A DNA stretch of 16,416 nucleotides from positions 1 to 16,416 of the forward strand of contig JBGAQA010000129.1 of NCBI GenBank assembly GCA_044220955.1, read 5' to 3'. Of this stretch, positions 8,708 to 16,245 are shown piece by piece. The position numbers were made by a program, and so were the translations under genes. This DNA is from Sandaracinaceae bacterium (GTDB taxonomy: Bacteria > Myxococcota_A > Polyangia > Polyangiales > Sandaracinaceae). Each line of letters begins with the position of its first letter. The first letter of the stretch is position 1. Below the pieces are notes generated by a model. That model had not been told where the DNA came from. It ran no database searches and saw only the letters and a program-made list of their open reading frames with translations.

Positions 8708-9826
8708 TCAGACGAGCCGTCGCGTCGTCAGGTCGAAGCGCGCCGTCGCCCCGTCGTCCATCGCGACGTGCACCAGGTCGCCTTCGACGCGCTCGAGCGT
8801 CCCGCGCTGAACGCGGGTGTCCCCCTTGCGCGAGCCCTCCTCGTGGTACCAGCTGCACACGGTGACGCGACGGCCCTTCTGCCAGATCTCGACGCGCGTC
8901 GCGCACATCCCGGGGATGTCCTTGTCGAAGGTCGCGTCGCGGTCGTATCGCGCTTCGACGTCCGGCACCTCTGGGTCGGGCGGCGGCGGCGGCGGCATCG
9001 GATCGAGCGCGTCGACCCCGCCCTCGACGCCGACCAGCCGACCGAGCGCGTCGATGCAGAACGCCTGGTGCGAGCTGAGCGCGCGCACCTCGTCGAGGAT
9101 CTCCAGCGAGTCGCGCTCGAGACGCAGCACGCGCTCGGGACCGACGGCGTGCAGCACGCGCGCGTCACGGGGATCTGCGCAGAGGCGACCGACGAGACCG
9201 AGCCCGTGCGTCGTCCGCGCGAGGCGCAGCTCCGGATCGTAGACGCGCACGCCGTCGTCGAGGCTGGTGGTCACGACCCCCGCAGCGTCCGCGTGGACGC
9301 AGAGCACGGGCTCCGCGAGCACGTCCGACGCGGCGTAGCGCAACTCGCCCGTGCGAGCGTCGTATGCGCGCAGCGGCTGGCCTTCGTACGCGGCGAACAC
9401 CGTCGTGCCGCGCACGTCGAAGGCCTCGAGCTGTGCCGCGAGCCCGAGCTCGGCCATCGGACGGTGCTCGGCGTCGTACGTGCGCAGGCGTCCGTCGAAG
9501 TGGCTCGCCACGAGCCCGTGCTCGGCGGGCGCGTCCATCGCACCCCATCGGCGCAGCGCGCTCACGCCCGTCGCGCTCGGACACGGACGCGCGACGCCGT
9601 CGACGAGACCGAAGGCACGGAGTGTCCCGGTCCGACCGCCGACGAGGAAGAGGATCTCGCCGTCGATCAGCGCGTCCGTCGACCATTCCTCGGTGTGCAG
9701 GCGGTACAGCTCGCCGCTCCGGCGGCTGCACACCTGGGTGTGGCCCTGCACCTCGCACACGACCGCGCGGCGTCCATCGGTCGCGAGCGTGCCGACGCGC
9801 TGGCCCTGGATCGTCGAGACGAGCAC
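8708..9826 (-). CDS. Hypothetical beta-propeller (WD40/YVTN-like) protein with poly-Pro linker and small C-terminal beta domain
   Basis: Repeated ~40-aa units (VGGRTGTLRAF, ASHFDGRLRTYD, AAYEGQPLRAYD, TTSLDDGVRVYD), then PMPPPPPPDP. Start is either GTG 9826 (6 nt after a TACGCT -10) or ATG 9892. Confidence 0.7.
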   Translation of the reverse strand: MLVSTIQGQRVGTLATDGRRAVVCEVQGHTQVCSRRSGELYRLHTEEWSTDALIDGEILFLVGGRTGTLRAFGLVDGVARPCPSATGVSALRRWGAMDAPAEHGLVASHFDGRLRTYDAEHRPMAELGLAAQLEAFDVRGTTVFAAYEGQPLRAYDARTGELRYAASDVLAEPVLCVHADAAGVVTTSLDDGVRVYDPELRLARTTHGLGLVGRLCADPRDARVLHAVGPERVLRLERDSLEILDEVRALSSHQAFCIDALGRLVGVEGGVDALDPMPPPPPPDPEVPDVEARYDRDATFDKDIPGMCATRVEIWQKGRRVTVCSWYHEEGSRKGDTRVQRGTLERVEGDLVHVAMDDGATARFDLTTRRLV

Positions 9827-9963
9827 GCGGCGAGCGTAGCGCGAGGCATCGCACGTCGCGACGCCCTCACGCTTCGTCCCAGCAGCGTGCATCGCCCGGC
9901 GGTCGGGTCACGCACACGCCCGCGCTCGAGCACGTCCCCTCGAGAGCGCGGTCGGCGCCGGAC

Positions 9964-10190
9964 GTCGCGACGGACAGGTGGGTGAGGCAGGCCGATTCAC
10001 TCGGACTGCCGAGGGAGGACAGGGACGTCCTCCCGTGGCGATTCTCCGAATCGCGACCGGCTATTCAGACCATCGAGGAACCAAGGGCGGCTCTTGAACG
10101 ACGCGCGCGTGCCGGTCGTCACCGACGAGGGAACGATCGTCGCCCTCGTCACCAAGGATCTGATCCGACTACCTCGCCCCTCTCCGCGAC
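9964..10190. ncRNA. Candidate structured non-coding RNA (multibranch fold, family unknown)
   Basis: Long imperfect closing stem (9964-9990 with 10169-10190) enclosing hairpins 10013-10034, 10038-10054, 10054-10118 and 10124-10150. No credible ORF. TATGTT -10-like box at 10212-10207 on the minus strand. Confidence 0.45.
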
Positions 10191-10245
10191 CTGATCTCGC
10201 GGGCGGAACATAGCCTTCCTGAGCGCGGCGCCCGAGGGCCGCGCA

Positions 10246-10274
10246 TTGACAGGGCGCGGCGTGCGAGCGATCGT
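10246..10274 (+). promoter_or_regulatory. Putative sigma70 promoter (leaderless) for the 10282 lipoprotein
   Basis: Perfect TTGACA-17 nt-GATCGT, 7 nt before ATG 10282. Confidence 0.55.
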
Positions 10275-10281
10275 CGCCGCG

Positions 10282-10899
10282 ATGCGCGCGCTTGTCGCCG
10301 TCTTCCTCGTGTTGGGCGCGCTCGTCTCGAGTGGATGCCACCGCGCCCCACGTGCGCCGACGACACCCGAGCGCACGATGCAGCCCGCTGCGCGACCGAT
10401 CGCGACTGCGGCGGACCCTCGATCCGCCGCGCCGCGCGCGGCGGAGGCGACGCGTACGCGGTCGCCGCGCGGCTACACGGTCCTCTCGATGGAGGTGGCG
10501 CTCTCGTCGATGTGGATGTTGCGCCTCAGCTCGGCTCCCGCAGAGGAGCATGAGCGACTGGTGGCCGATCTCGTGTACCTGGGCTCGGGGCTGCACCGCG
10601 ACTGCACCGCGCGCGTGATGATCGACGGAGCGCTGACCGAGCTTCCCGTCGAGCACTATCACATCGACGCCGCGACCTCGACGTCGCGCGCCGCCGAGCA
10701 CACGCCGATGGTCGTCACCCTGGCACAGCTCGAACAGATGAGCCGCGCGGCGCGCGTGATCGGTCGGCTCTGCGAGGACGAGTGGACGATCGACTCGATC
10801 GCGCAGGCGTCACTGAGGTCGTTCCTGCAGGCGTTCCAGGAAGAACTGCAGTGGGCCACCGCGCCAGCGACTGGAAGCGATCGTCCAGATCCGCGGTAA
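10282..10899 (+). CDS. Hypothetical lipoprotein
   Basis: MRALVAVFLVLGALVSSG-C signal peptide with lipobox, Pro/Ala/Arg linker, then a globular region with two Cys. Confidence 0.7.
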   Translation: MRALVAVFLVLGALVSSGCHRAPRAPTTPERTMQPAARPIATAADPRSAAPRAAEATRTRSPRGYTVLSMEVALSSMWMLRLSSAPAEEHERLVADLVYLGSGLHRDCTARVMIDGALTELPVEHYHIDAATSTSRAAEHTPMVVTLAQLEQMSRAARVIGRLCEDEWTIDSIAQASLRSFLQAFQEELQWATAPATGSDRPDPR

Positions 10900-11042
10900 C
10901 GGGATCGCGGATCTCGACATCGGATCGGCCGCCGGTCCGAGCGGTTCGCCGAGATGCACGGACGATCTGTGCTCTCCGTCGGCGGCCTCACCGGAAGACG
11001 ATCGCCGCGTCGGACCGCCGAGCCAGCTGCTGTGGACCGCCA

Positions 11043-11099
11043 GCTCATTTTTTGACCTCGCCCAAAAAGTGCGCAGGCAAGCTGCTCATAAGATGAGCA
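11043..11099. promoter_or_regulatory. Three tandem Fis/bEBP-type enhancer boxes (GCnCA-N5-TGnSC)
   Basis: GCTCA-TTTTT-TGACC (11043), GCCCA-AAAAG-TGCGC (11060) and the perfect palindrome TGCTCAT-AAG-ATGAGCA (11083-11099), in an AT-enriched patch. Confidence 0.65.
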
Positions 11100-11122
11100 C
11101 CAACCAAGGCGGAACTCGATTG

Positions 11123-11135
11123 TTTCAGATGGTTA
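11123..11135 (+). promoter_or_regulatory. IHF-like binding site
   Basis: TTTCAG-ATGG-TTA, one mismatch to WATCAR-N4-TTR, located between the enhancer boxes and the -24/-12 element. Confidence 0.45.
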
Positions 11136-11140
11136 TGTCG

Positions 11141-11156
11141 TGGCCGAGTCGTTGCA
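11141..11156 (+). promoter_or_regulatory. Sigma54 (RpoN) -24/-12 promoter
   Basis: TGGCCGAGTCGTTGCA: GG-N10-GC with TTGCA at -12. Predicted +1 near 11167, 2 nt before ATG 11169. Confidence 0.7.
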
Positions 11157-11168
11157 CTGCAGCGAGCC

Positions 11169-12071
11169 ATGACGAAGCAAGCGCTGGTTCTCCTGGGCAT
11201 CATCGTGGCTGGCTGCGCGGGGCAGGGCACCAGCTCGACGTCGTCGGCCGGCGAGCTCTCGGTGCAGGAGAGCGAGGGCCAGGTCACGGGCCACTTCATC
11301 GATCACTCCGAGGCGGACCTCGGCCGGATCGACTTCACGAGCCGCTTCGTGGCGGAGCACCAGATCGAGACCGTCCTGCGCTTCCACGGCATGGCGATCA
11401 CGCAGCTGGCCGATCTCGATGCCGGCGTGGTCGAGTTCGACGGATTCGCCGAGACCGGCGGCTCCACGCAGATGACCCTCGAGGACCACGCGCTGCTCAC
11501 CGCGTTCACCCACGCGCTCGACGCGACGCCCTCGCTCTCGGAGCCGGCCGCCCGCGCCCGCAACTTCGCGAGCTGGTGGTCGGAGTTCCCGGCGGGCATG
11601 GAGATGCAGTGGCAGGGCCAGGCGCCCGAGACGCGCGGCGCGAACAGCCTCTGCGGCAGCATCAACAGCTACCGCTGGACCACGCACGACGGGTGGTTCG
11701 AGAGCTACGGCGGCGACAGCCAGACGCTCGACGGCGCGTACATCAGCTGGGACGGCCCCTGCCGCGCGGGCGACAACGGCGTCGATGCGCAGACGAGCTG
11801 GTGGTACGTCAACGGCGCCTGGTCGTGCCCGACGAGCGAGCCCAACCACAGCGGCTCGATCGAGTACGAGTTCGGCGAGTGTACGGGCCAGTGCGGCAGC
11901 GGCTGCGGCGGTCGCTACCAGGTCTACTCCACCAACTGCGCCGAGCACGACGTCTGCAATCGCTTCGGCCACAGCTGGTCGGCGTCCATTCCCGGCGGTC
12001 ACTGCGCCGACGAGTTCGCGGCGGCGGGCAGCGACATCCTCTTCGAGCCGAACTGCGACCGCGGCTGGTGA
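11169..12071 (+). CDS. Cys-rich lipoprotein with a C-terminal phospholipase A2-like CGxG...CxxHDxC motif
   Basis: Lipobox IVAG-C. Ten further Cys, all in the C-terminal half. CTGQCGSGC...YSTNCAEHDVC...CADEF. Strong GC3 codon bias. Confidence 0.75.
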   Translation: MTKQALVLLGIIVAGCAGQGTSSTSSAGELSVQESEGQVTGHFIDHSEADLGRIDFTSRFVAEHQIETVLRFHGMAITQLADLDAGVVEFDGFAETGGSTQMTLEDHALLTAFTHALDATPSLSEPAARARNFASWWSEFPAGMEMQWQGQAPETRGANSLCGSINSYRWTTHDGWFESYGGDSQTLDGAYISWDGPCRAGDNGVDAQTSWWYVNGAWSCPTSEPNHSGSIEYEFGECTGQCGSGCGGRYQVYSTNCAEHDVCNRFGHSWSASIPGGHCADEFAAAGSDILFEPNCDRGW

Positions 12072-12085
12072 GCTAGACTTCCCGA

Positions 12086-12730
12086 ATGGGCGCCGCTCGT
12101 CCTTCGGAAGCACGCGACCGACGCGCCTCGGCTCTCTCGAGCCGGGGCGTTCTCGCGTTGATGGCCGCCCTCGCGCTCGTGGCGATCACCGTCGGCCTCG
12201 TGGTCTCCGGCTCGCACGGAACGGCCGAGCCTCCCGCGGACCCCGACGCCGCCGCACCCGCCGAGGTCGCCGAGGCGGCGCTGCCGCCCGCGGCGCTCGT
12301 GACCCACGCCGCGTCGCCGCGGACACCGACCGCGCCAGCCGGGCCGTCGGCTCTCGCAGGGCCCGCACAGCCGCCGACGCTGCCTGGCCTGACGCCGCCG
12401 AGCCCGATGCCGCCGCCTCCGCCCAGCGACTACGTGCCCGTACCCTCGCCGCGGCCCCAGGCGCTCCCGCAGGAGACCTTCGTGCACCGCCGCGAGGTCG
12501 GCGTGCAGATGCTCGACGACTCGCTGGCGCGCCTGGAGGCGGAGCGGCTCGAGCAAGAGCGCGCCGGCGACACCGAAGACGCCCGCTTCACGCAGGTCCG
12601 CATCGATCGCATGAGGGCGCTCCGCGAGCAGCGCGCGGAGGAGCTCGAGGCCGCGCGGCGCGGCGAGCTGACGCCGGACATCGCTGCCGGCGAGCTCGGG
12701 GAGACGACCCCGCTCGAAGCCCCCGAGTGA
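12086..12730 (+). CDS. Membrane-anchored Pro-rich protein with a C-terminal charged helical hairpin
   Basis: One N-terminal TM (VLALMAALALVAITVGLVV), long Pro/Ala linker, Glu/Arg-rich helices. Start uncertain. The TGA overlaps the next GTG. Confidence 0.7.
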   Translation: MGAARPSEARDRRASALSSRGVLALMAALALVAITVGLVVSGSHGTAEPPADPDAAAPAEVAEAALPPAALVTHAASPRTPTAPAGPSALAGPAQPPTLPGLTPPSPMPPPPPSDYVPVPSPRPQALPQETFVHRREVGVQMLDDSLARLEAERLEQERAGDTEDARFTQVRIDRMRALREQRAEELEAARRGELTPDIAAGELGETTPLEAPE

Positions 12731-13104
12731 GCGCGAGCGTCGCCCGCTGGACGCTCCTCGCGGCGCTCGCCCTGGCGATCGGGTGCAGCTCCCCGCCGAC
12801 GCCCGACGAGGACGACGCGGCGGACGCCGTGCGCCAGCTCTTCGACGCGCTGGCCCGCGGCGACTGCCGCGAGATCCGCAGCGTGGTGCCCAGCATCGCG
12901 GACGACGCGACGTGCCAGGACTACCTGGAGGAGTGGCGGGAGCACGGCACGACGCTCCTGGCCGTCCGCCGCGTCGATCGCGACGCGCGCGACCCCCGCG
13001 CGTTCCTCGTGCACACACGTCTACGGGCAGGCGCTCACGAGCGCGACGGAGTGAGCCGCGCGGTCCCCCGCGAGGACGGCCACGGGTGGACGATCGACCC
13101 GTGA
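12727..13104 (+). CDS. Small lipoprotein, possibly NTF2-like fold
   Basis: GTG 12727 in a GTGA overlap, lipobox LAIG-C, AADAVRQLFDALARGDC helix, two Cys, ends in beta strands GWTID. Confidence 0.75.
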   Translation: MSASVARWTLLAALALAIGCSSPPTPDEDDAADAVRQLFDALARGDCREIRSVVPSIADDATCQDYLEEWREHGTTLLAVRRVDRDARDPRAFLVHTRLRAGAHERDGVSRAVPREDGHGWTIDP

Positions 13105-14216
13105 CGCGGCTCGCCGCACTCGTCGTCCTCGCCGCGAGCGCGGCCGGATGCCTGGGGCCTGCGATCGTCGAGGCTCCGGAGCTCGTGATCTCGGGAGCAC
13201 CGGCGCTCGGCGATCCGGCGGTGGTCGCGCTCCGCGCACGCTCCGCGCAGTGCAGCGAGGTGCCGGTCGACGCGACCTGCAGCGGCGTGCTCGTCGCGCC
13301 ACGCCTCGTGCTGACCGCCGCGCACTGCGTGGAAGGCATCGGTGCGCGTGGCTTCGTCGAGGTCTCCTTCGGCCCGAGCGTGCAGGCCGCCACGACGCGA
13401 ATCCTCGCGGTCTCGTCGCGCTCACATCCACGCTACGACGCCACGACCGGCGAGTACGACGTCGGAGTCCTCTTGCTGGCGACCGACGCGCCCGTCGCGC
13501 CGATGGCGCTCCCGACGGCGAGCGCGATGGAGCTGGCGCCCGGAGCGGCGCTGCGCGTGGTCGGCTTCGGTCTCACGATGCGCAGCGCGAGCGACTCCGG
13601 CATCAAGCGCGAGGGCGTCATGCAGCTCGGCGCGGTGCGGGCCGCCTCGTTCGACGCCGTCCCCGGGCCTGCGCTCTCCTGCGAGGGCGACAGCGGAGGG
13701 CCCGTGTTCGCGACCCTCGGAGGCGGCGAGCAGCTCGTGGGGATCACGTCCCGAGGCGACTTCGCGTGTCGCACGCAGGCGCTCCAGGTGCGCGTCGACG
13801 CGGTGCTCGACTTCGTGATGCCCGAGATCGCCGCGTCCGCGTCCGCGCCGATCGGATGGAGCCCCGCCGGGGCACCGTTCGCGGACGTGAACACGATCGA
13901 GTGCACGCGCGACGAGGACTGCCCCGCGCTGGCGCTCTGCGATGCGCCTCGCTGCGTGCTCCCGGTGCTCGGCCCAGGGTCGTTCGGGGCGAGCTGCGCG
14001 ACGGACGCGGAGTGCGGCGCCGGCAGCGAGTGCGCACGCGTCTGGCCCGACGGAGCAGACGCCTGCCACTGCTTCGCAGGCTCGACCATGCCGCCTCCGA
14101 CGCCGGGCCACACGGGCTGTGGCGTCGCGCCAGGGCGGCGGTCCGGCGACACCTGGCTCGCCGGCCTCGTGGTGCTGCTCCTCGCGCTCGGGCGCGACCG
14201 AGGGCGACGACGCTGA
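13101..14216 (+). CDS. S1 (chymotrypsin/trypsin-fold) serine protease with lipobox, Cys-rich repeats and MYXO-CTERM-like tail
   Basis: Triad motifs CSGVLVAPRLVLTAAHC, YDVGVLLL and CEGDSGGP. N-terminal SAAG-C. CTRDEDC/CATDAEC repeats. C-terminal GCGV...WLAGLVVLLLALGRDRGRRR. Confidence 0.93.
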   Translation: MTRLAALVVLAASAAGCLGPAIVEAPELVISGAPALGDPAVVALRARSAQCSEVPVDATCSGVLVAPRLVLTAAHCVEGIGARGFVEVSFGPSVQAATTRILAVSSRSHPRYDATTGEYDVGVLLLATDAPVAPMALPTASAMELAPGAALRVVGFGLTMRSASDSGIKREGVMQLGAVRAASFDAVPGPALSCEGDSGGPVFATLGGGEQLVGITSRGDFACRTQALQVRVDAVLDFVMPEIAASASAPIGWSPAGAPFADVNTIECTRDEDCPALALCDAPRCVLPVLGPGSFGASCATDAECGAGSECARVWPDGADACHCFAGSTMPPPTPGHTGCGVAPGRRSGDTWLAGLVVLLLALGRDRGRRR

Positions 14217-14265
14217 CCACGACGGAACGCGGAATGCCGCGGCGCGGGCCGCACGTCTCTCCGAG

Positions 14266-14856
14266 GTGAAGCGTCGCCTCGCTGCGCTCGGTGCCGCGGG
14301 TGTGTTGCTCGGCGCGACCGCGCTCGCCTGGGCCGCGCTCGACCTCCCCGGGCGCAGCGTGGTGCGCGGGCACCTCGGAGACGTCGGCGTCGTGATGGTG
14401 ATCGTCGCCTTGCTCGGCGTCGTGCTCTCGCGCCTCGGAGCGCGTGCGTGGATCGTGCTCGCGGCCGGCCTCGCGCTCCTCGTCGAGGTCGGACAGGCCC
14501 TCGGGCTCCGCGGCGAGGGCCTCGCGGGCGAGCTGACGATCGGCGCGACGTTCGACCCGCTCGACCTCGTCGCCTACGCGCTCGGCCTCGCGATCTCGTG
14601 GTGGGCGCTTTCGCCACGAGCCGGCCGTGGGCACCGCGTCCGTATCCGCCTGGATCACGCGACCGAGCACCTCGCGTCAGCGCCCGCTGCCATGCACGGC
14701 GACGGAGGTCGCGCGAAGAGGATGGGCAGAGAGAGGAGTGTCCCGAGGCAGCCGACGAGCCCCATCCAGTTCACCGCGGTCGGCGGGACATGCACGTTCG
14801 CGAACGCGAGGGCCACGAAGACCACCAGCGTGATCGGCGGCACCAGGCATGCGTAG
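14266..14856 (+). CDS. DUF2809-like membrane protein with an apparently read-through C-terminal tail
   Basis: VRGHLGDV, LLVEVGQ and IGATFDPLDLVAYALG motifs. The membrane domain ends near 14615 but the frame runs on to 14856. Confidence 0.75.
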   Translation: MKRRLAALGAAGVLLGATALAWAALDLPGRSVVRGHLGDVGVVMVIVALLGVVLSRLGARAWIVLAAGLALLVEVGQALGLRGEGLAGELTIGATFDPLDLVAYALGLAISWWALSPRAGRGHRVRIRLDHATEHLASAPAAMHGDGGRAKRMGRERSVPRQPTSPIQFTAVGGTCTFANARATKTTSVIGGTRHA

Positions 14857-14930
14857 AAGAGTGGGGGCTTCCGCGCCGCGACGTCGACGAGGAGCGCTCC
14901 GAGCTCGGGATGCGCGGCGGTGGCGCTCAT
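14655..14930 (-). pseudogene. Small two-TM membrane protein, probably 3'-degraded
   Basis: Two hydrophobic segments (LVPPITLVVFVALAFA, WMGLVGCLGTLLSLPILF). Sequence after LFAR continues more plausibly in a shifted frame (TSVAVHGSG...EVLGRVIQ) containing a stop. TTGACG-17-GAGCGT upstream. Confidence 0.45.
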
Positions 14931-15052
14931 CGAGCCATGACGCTCGCGCAGACGCGGTGCGCCGTCAATCGGCAGGAGCGCGACCGCGAGATGCCCGGTG
15001 CGAGGCGCGGTGGCGTGACATGCTCGACCCACCGGCGAGGAGGGGATGGCGG

Positions 15053-15670
15053 ATGCGAGTCGACTATCGGACCACCCGGCTGGGCACGCGACGCCTCATC
15101 GTGAGACCGCTGCGGCTCTCCGACCACACCCGTTGGGTTCGGGCCCAACGAGAGATGCAGCCCCGACAGACTGCCTTCGATGTCGGACCGCGACCGACGG
15201 GGCAGCTCACGCGGGACGAATTCCGGAAGCTCGTCGGCCAGAGGCAGGCCGTGTGGGCGAGGGATCGCTTCTACGCGCTCAGCGTCTTCGAGCGGCGCGC
15301 CCCGGGCGATCTCGTGGGCATGGTCAACGTGATCCCGCACATCCGCAGCACGATACAGACCGCTGCCGTGGGCTACGTCATCCACAACAACCACTGGGGG
15401 AAGGGGTACGCGACGGAGGCGCTCGCCGCCGTCGTCACGTTCGCGTTCGAGACGCTGAGGTTCCATCGGCTCAGCGCGGAGATGGACACGCGCAACCGGC
15501 CGTCGGTCGCCACGGCGAAGAAGGCCGGCTTCCGGAGGGAAGGTACGGCGAGAGGCTTCCTCCACGACGGCGAGCGATGGCGCGACGCGTACATCTTCGC
15601 CATGACCGCCGAGGAGTGGGGCATCGAGGGGACACGGCCCGAGGTGCGGATGCACTTCTCTGAGAGTTGA
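15053..15670 (+). CDS. GNAT N-acetyltransferase, RimJ/RimL family
   Basis: GAGGAGG RBS. TRRLIVRPL, VGYVIHNNHWGKGYATEA, FHRLSAEMDTRNRPSVATAKKAGFRREG, WRDAYIFA. Confidence 0.92.
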   Translation: MRVDYRTTRLGTRRLIVRPLRLSDHTRWVRAQREMQPRQTAFDVGPRPTGQLTRDEFRKLVGQRQAVWARDRFYALSVFERRAPGDLVGMVNVIPHIRSTIQTAAVGYVIHNNHWGKGYATEALAAVVTFAFETLRFHRLSAEMDTRNRPSVATAKKAGFRREGTARGFLHDGERWRDAYIFAMTAEEWGIEGTRPEVRMHFSES

Positions 15671-15722
15671 CGCTACCTCCAGCAACGCGTCGCGCGATCG
15701 TCGTGTGCGCGCTCGTCGTCGA

Positions 15723-15845
15723 GCATGGTTGCTTGGCGCCGCGGATCGCGAGGTCGTACGCGGGATCGCCCCGCACGGCGTACTCCCACTCGATCACGCG
15801 GCGCGGACCGTCGAGGGCGATCGGGATGTTCTGCCCGACTAAACC
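15723..15845 (-). pseudogene. Fragment of an APH/choline-kinase family phosphotransferase
   Basis: GLVGQNI...VIEWEYAVRGDPAYDLAI resembles (H)GDLxxxNI...IDWE...GDPAYDLA with both catalytic Asp residues lost. No intact flanking gene. Confidence 0.65.
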
Positions 15846-15858
15846 GCGGCCCCACGCC

Positions 15859-16245
15859 AACGCGCTCGCCCAGTTCGCCCACCTGCGCGGCTTCCCCGTT
15901 CGCTTCGTCCTCGCCGCCGACCTCGTGCACGAGCTCGTCGCCAGCCCAGCCAGGCCCGCGACACGCTCGCGCGCAGGCTGGATACGTGGGCCGGACCGGA
16001 CCAGGTGCTGCTCATCGACGAGCTCGGGTACCCCTGGCCTTCGACGTGCGCGGCGCGGACCTGCTGCACCAGGTCATCAACCGCCGCTACCAGCGGGCGT
16101 CCACCGTCATCACCACGAACCTGCCCTGCCCTCAACGGGCACGCTCTTCCACAACAACGCCGCTGCCTCGGCCTCGCCGGACGCCTCGTCCACCGAGGCG
16201 TCCTCGTCCGCATCGCCGGCACGTCCGAGCGCAGCGACGAGGCGA
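15859..16245 (+). mobile_element. istB: IS21-family istB (ATP-binding helper) remnant, frameshifted
   Basis: Read across frames: NALAQFAHLRGFPVRFVLAADLVHEL, LLIDELGY (Walker B, 16008-16031), GADLLHQVINRRYQRASTVITTNLP, GTLFHNNAAASA, RLVHRGVLVRIAGTS. Walker A and istA are absent. Confidence 0.85.

Noticed and set aside
10040..10120. HDV-like ribozyme (UUCCUCG on the minus strand)
   Set aside because: The flanks (UGG / AUGG) cannot form P3, and the nested pseudoknot could not be built.
9964..10200. 6S RNA, SRP RNA or cobalamin riboswitch identity for the structured element
   Set aside because: The fold is multibranch rather than a rod with a central bubble. There is no CAGG-GNRA-AGCA SRP core and no B12-box or AGGGAA-GGUG core in the right order.
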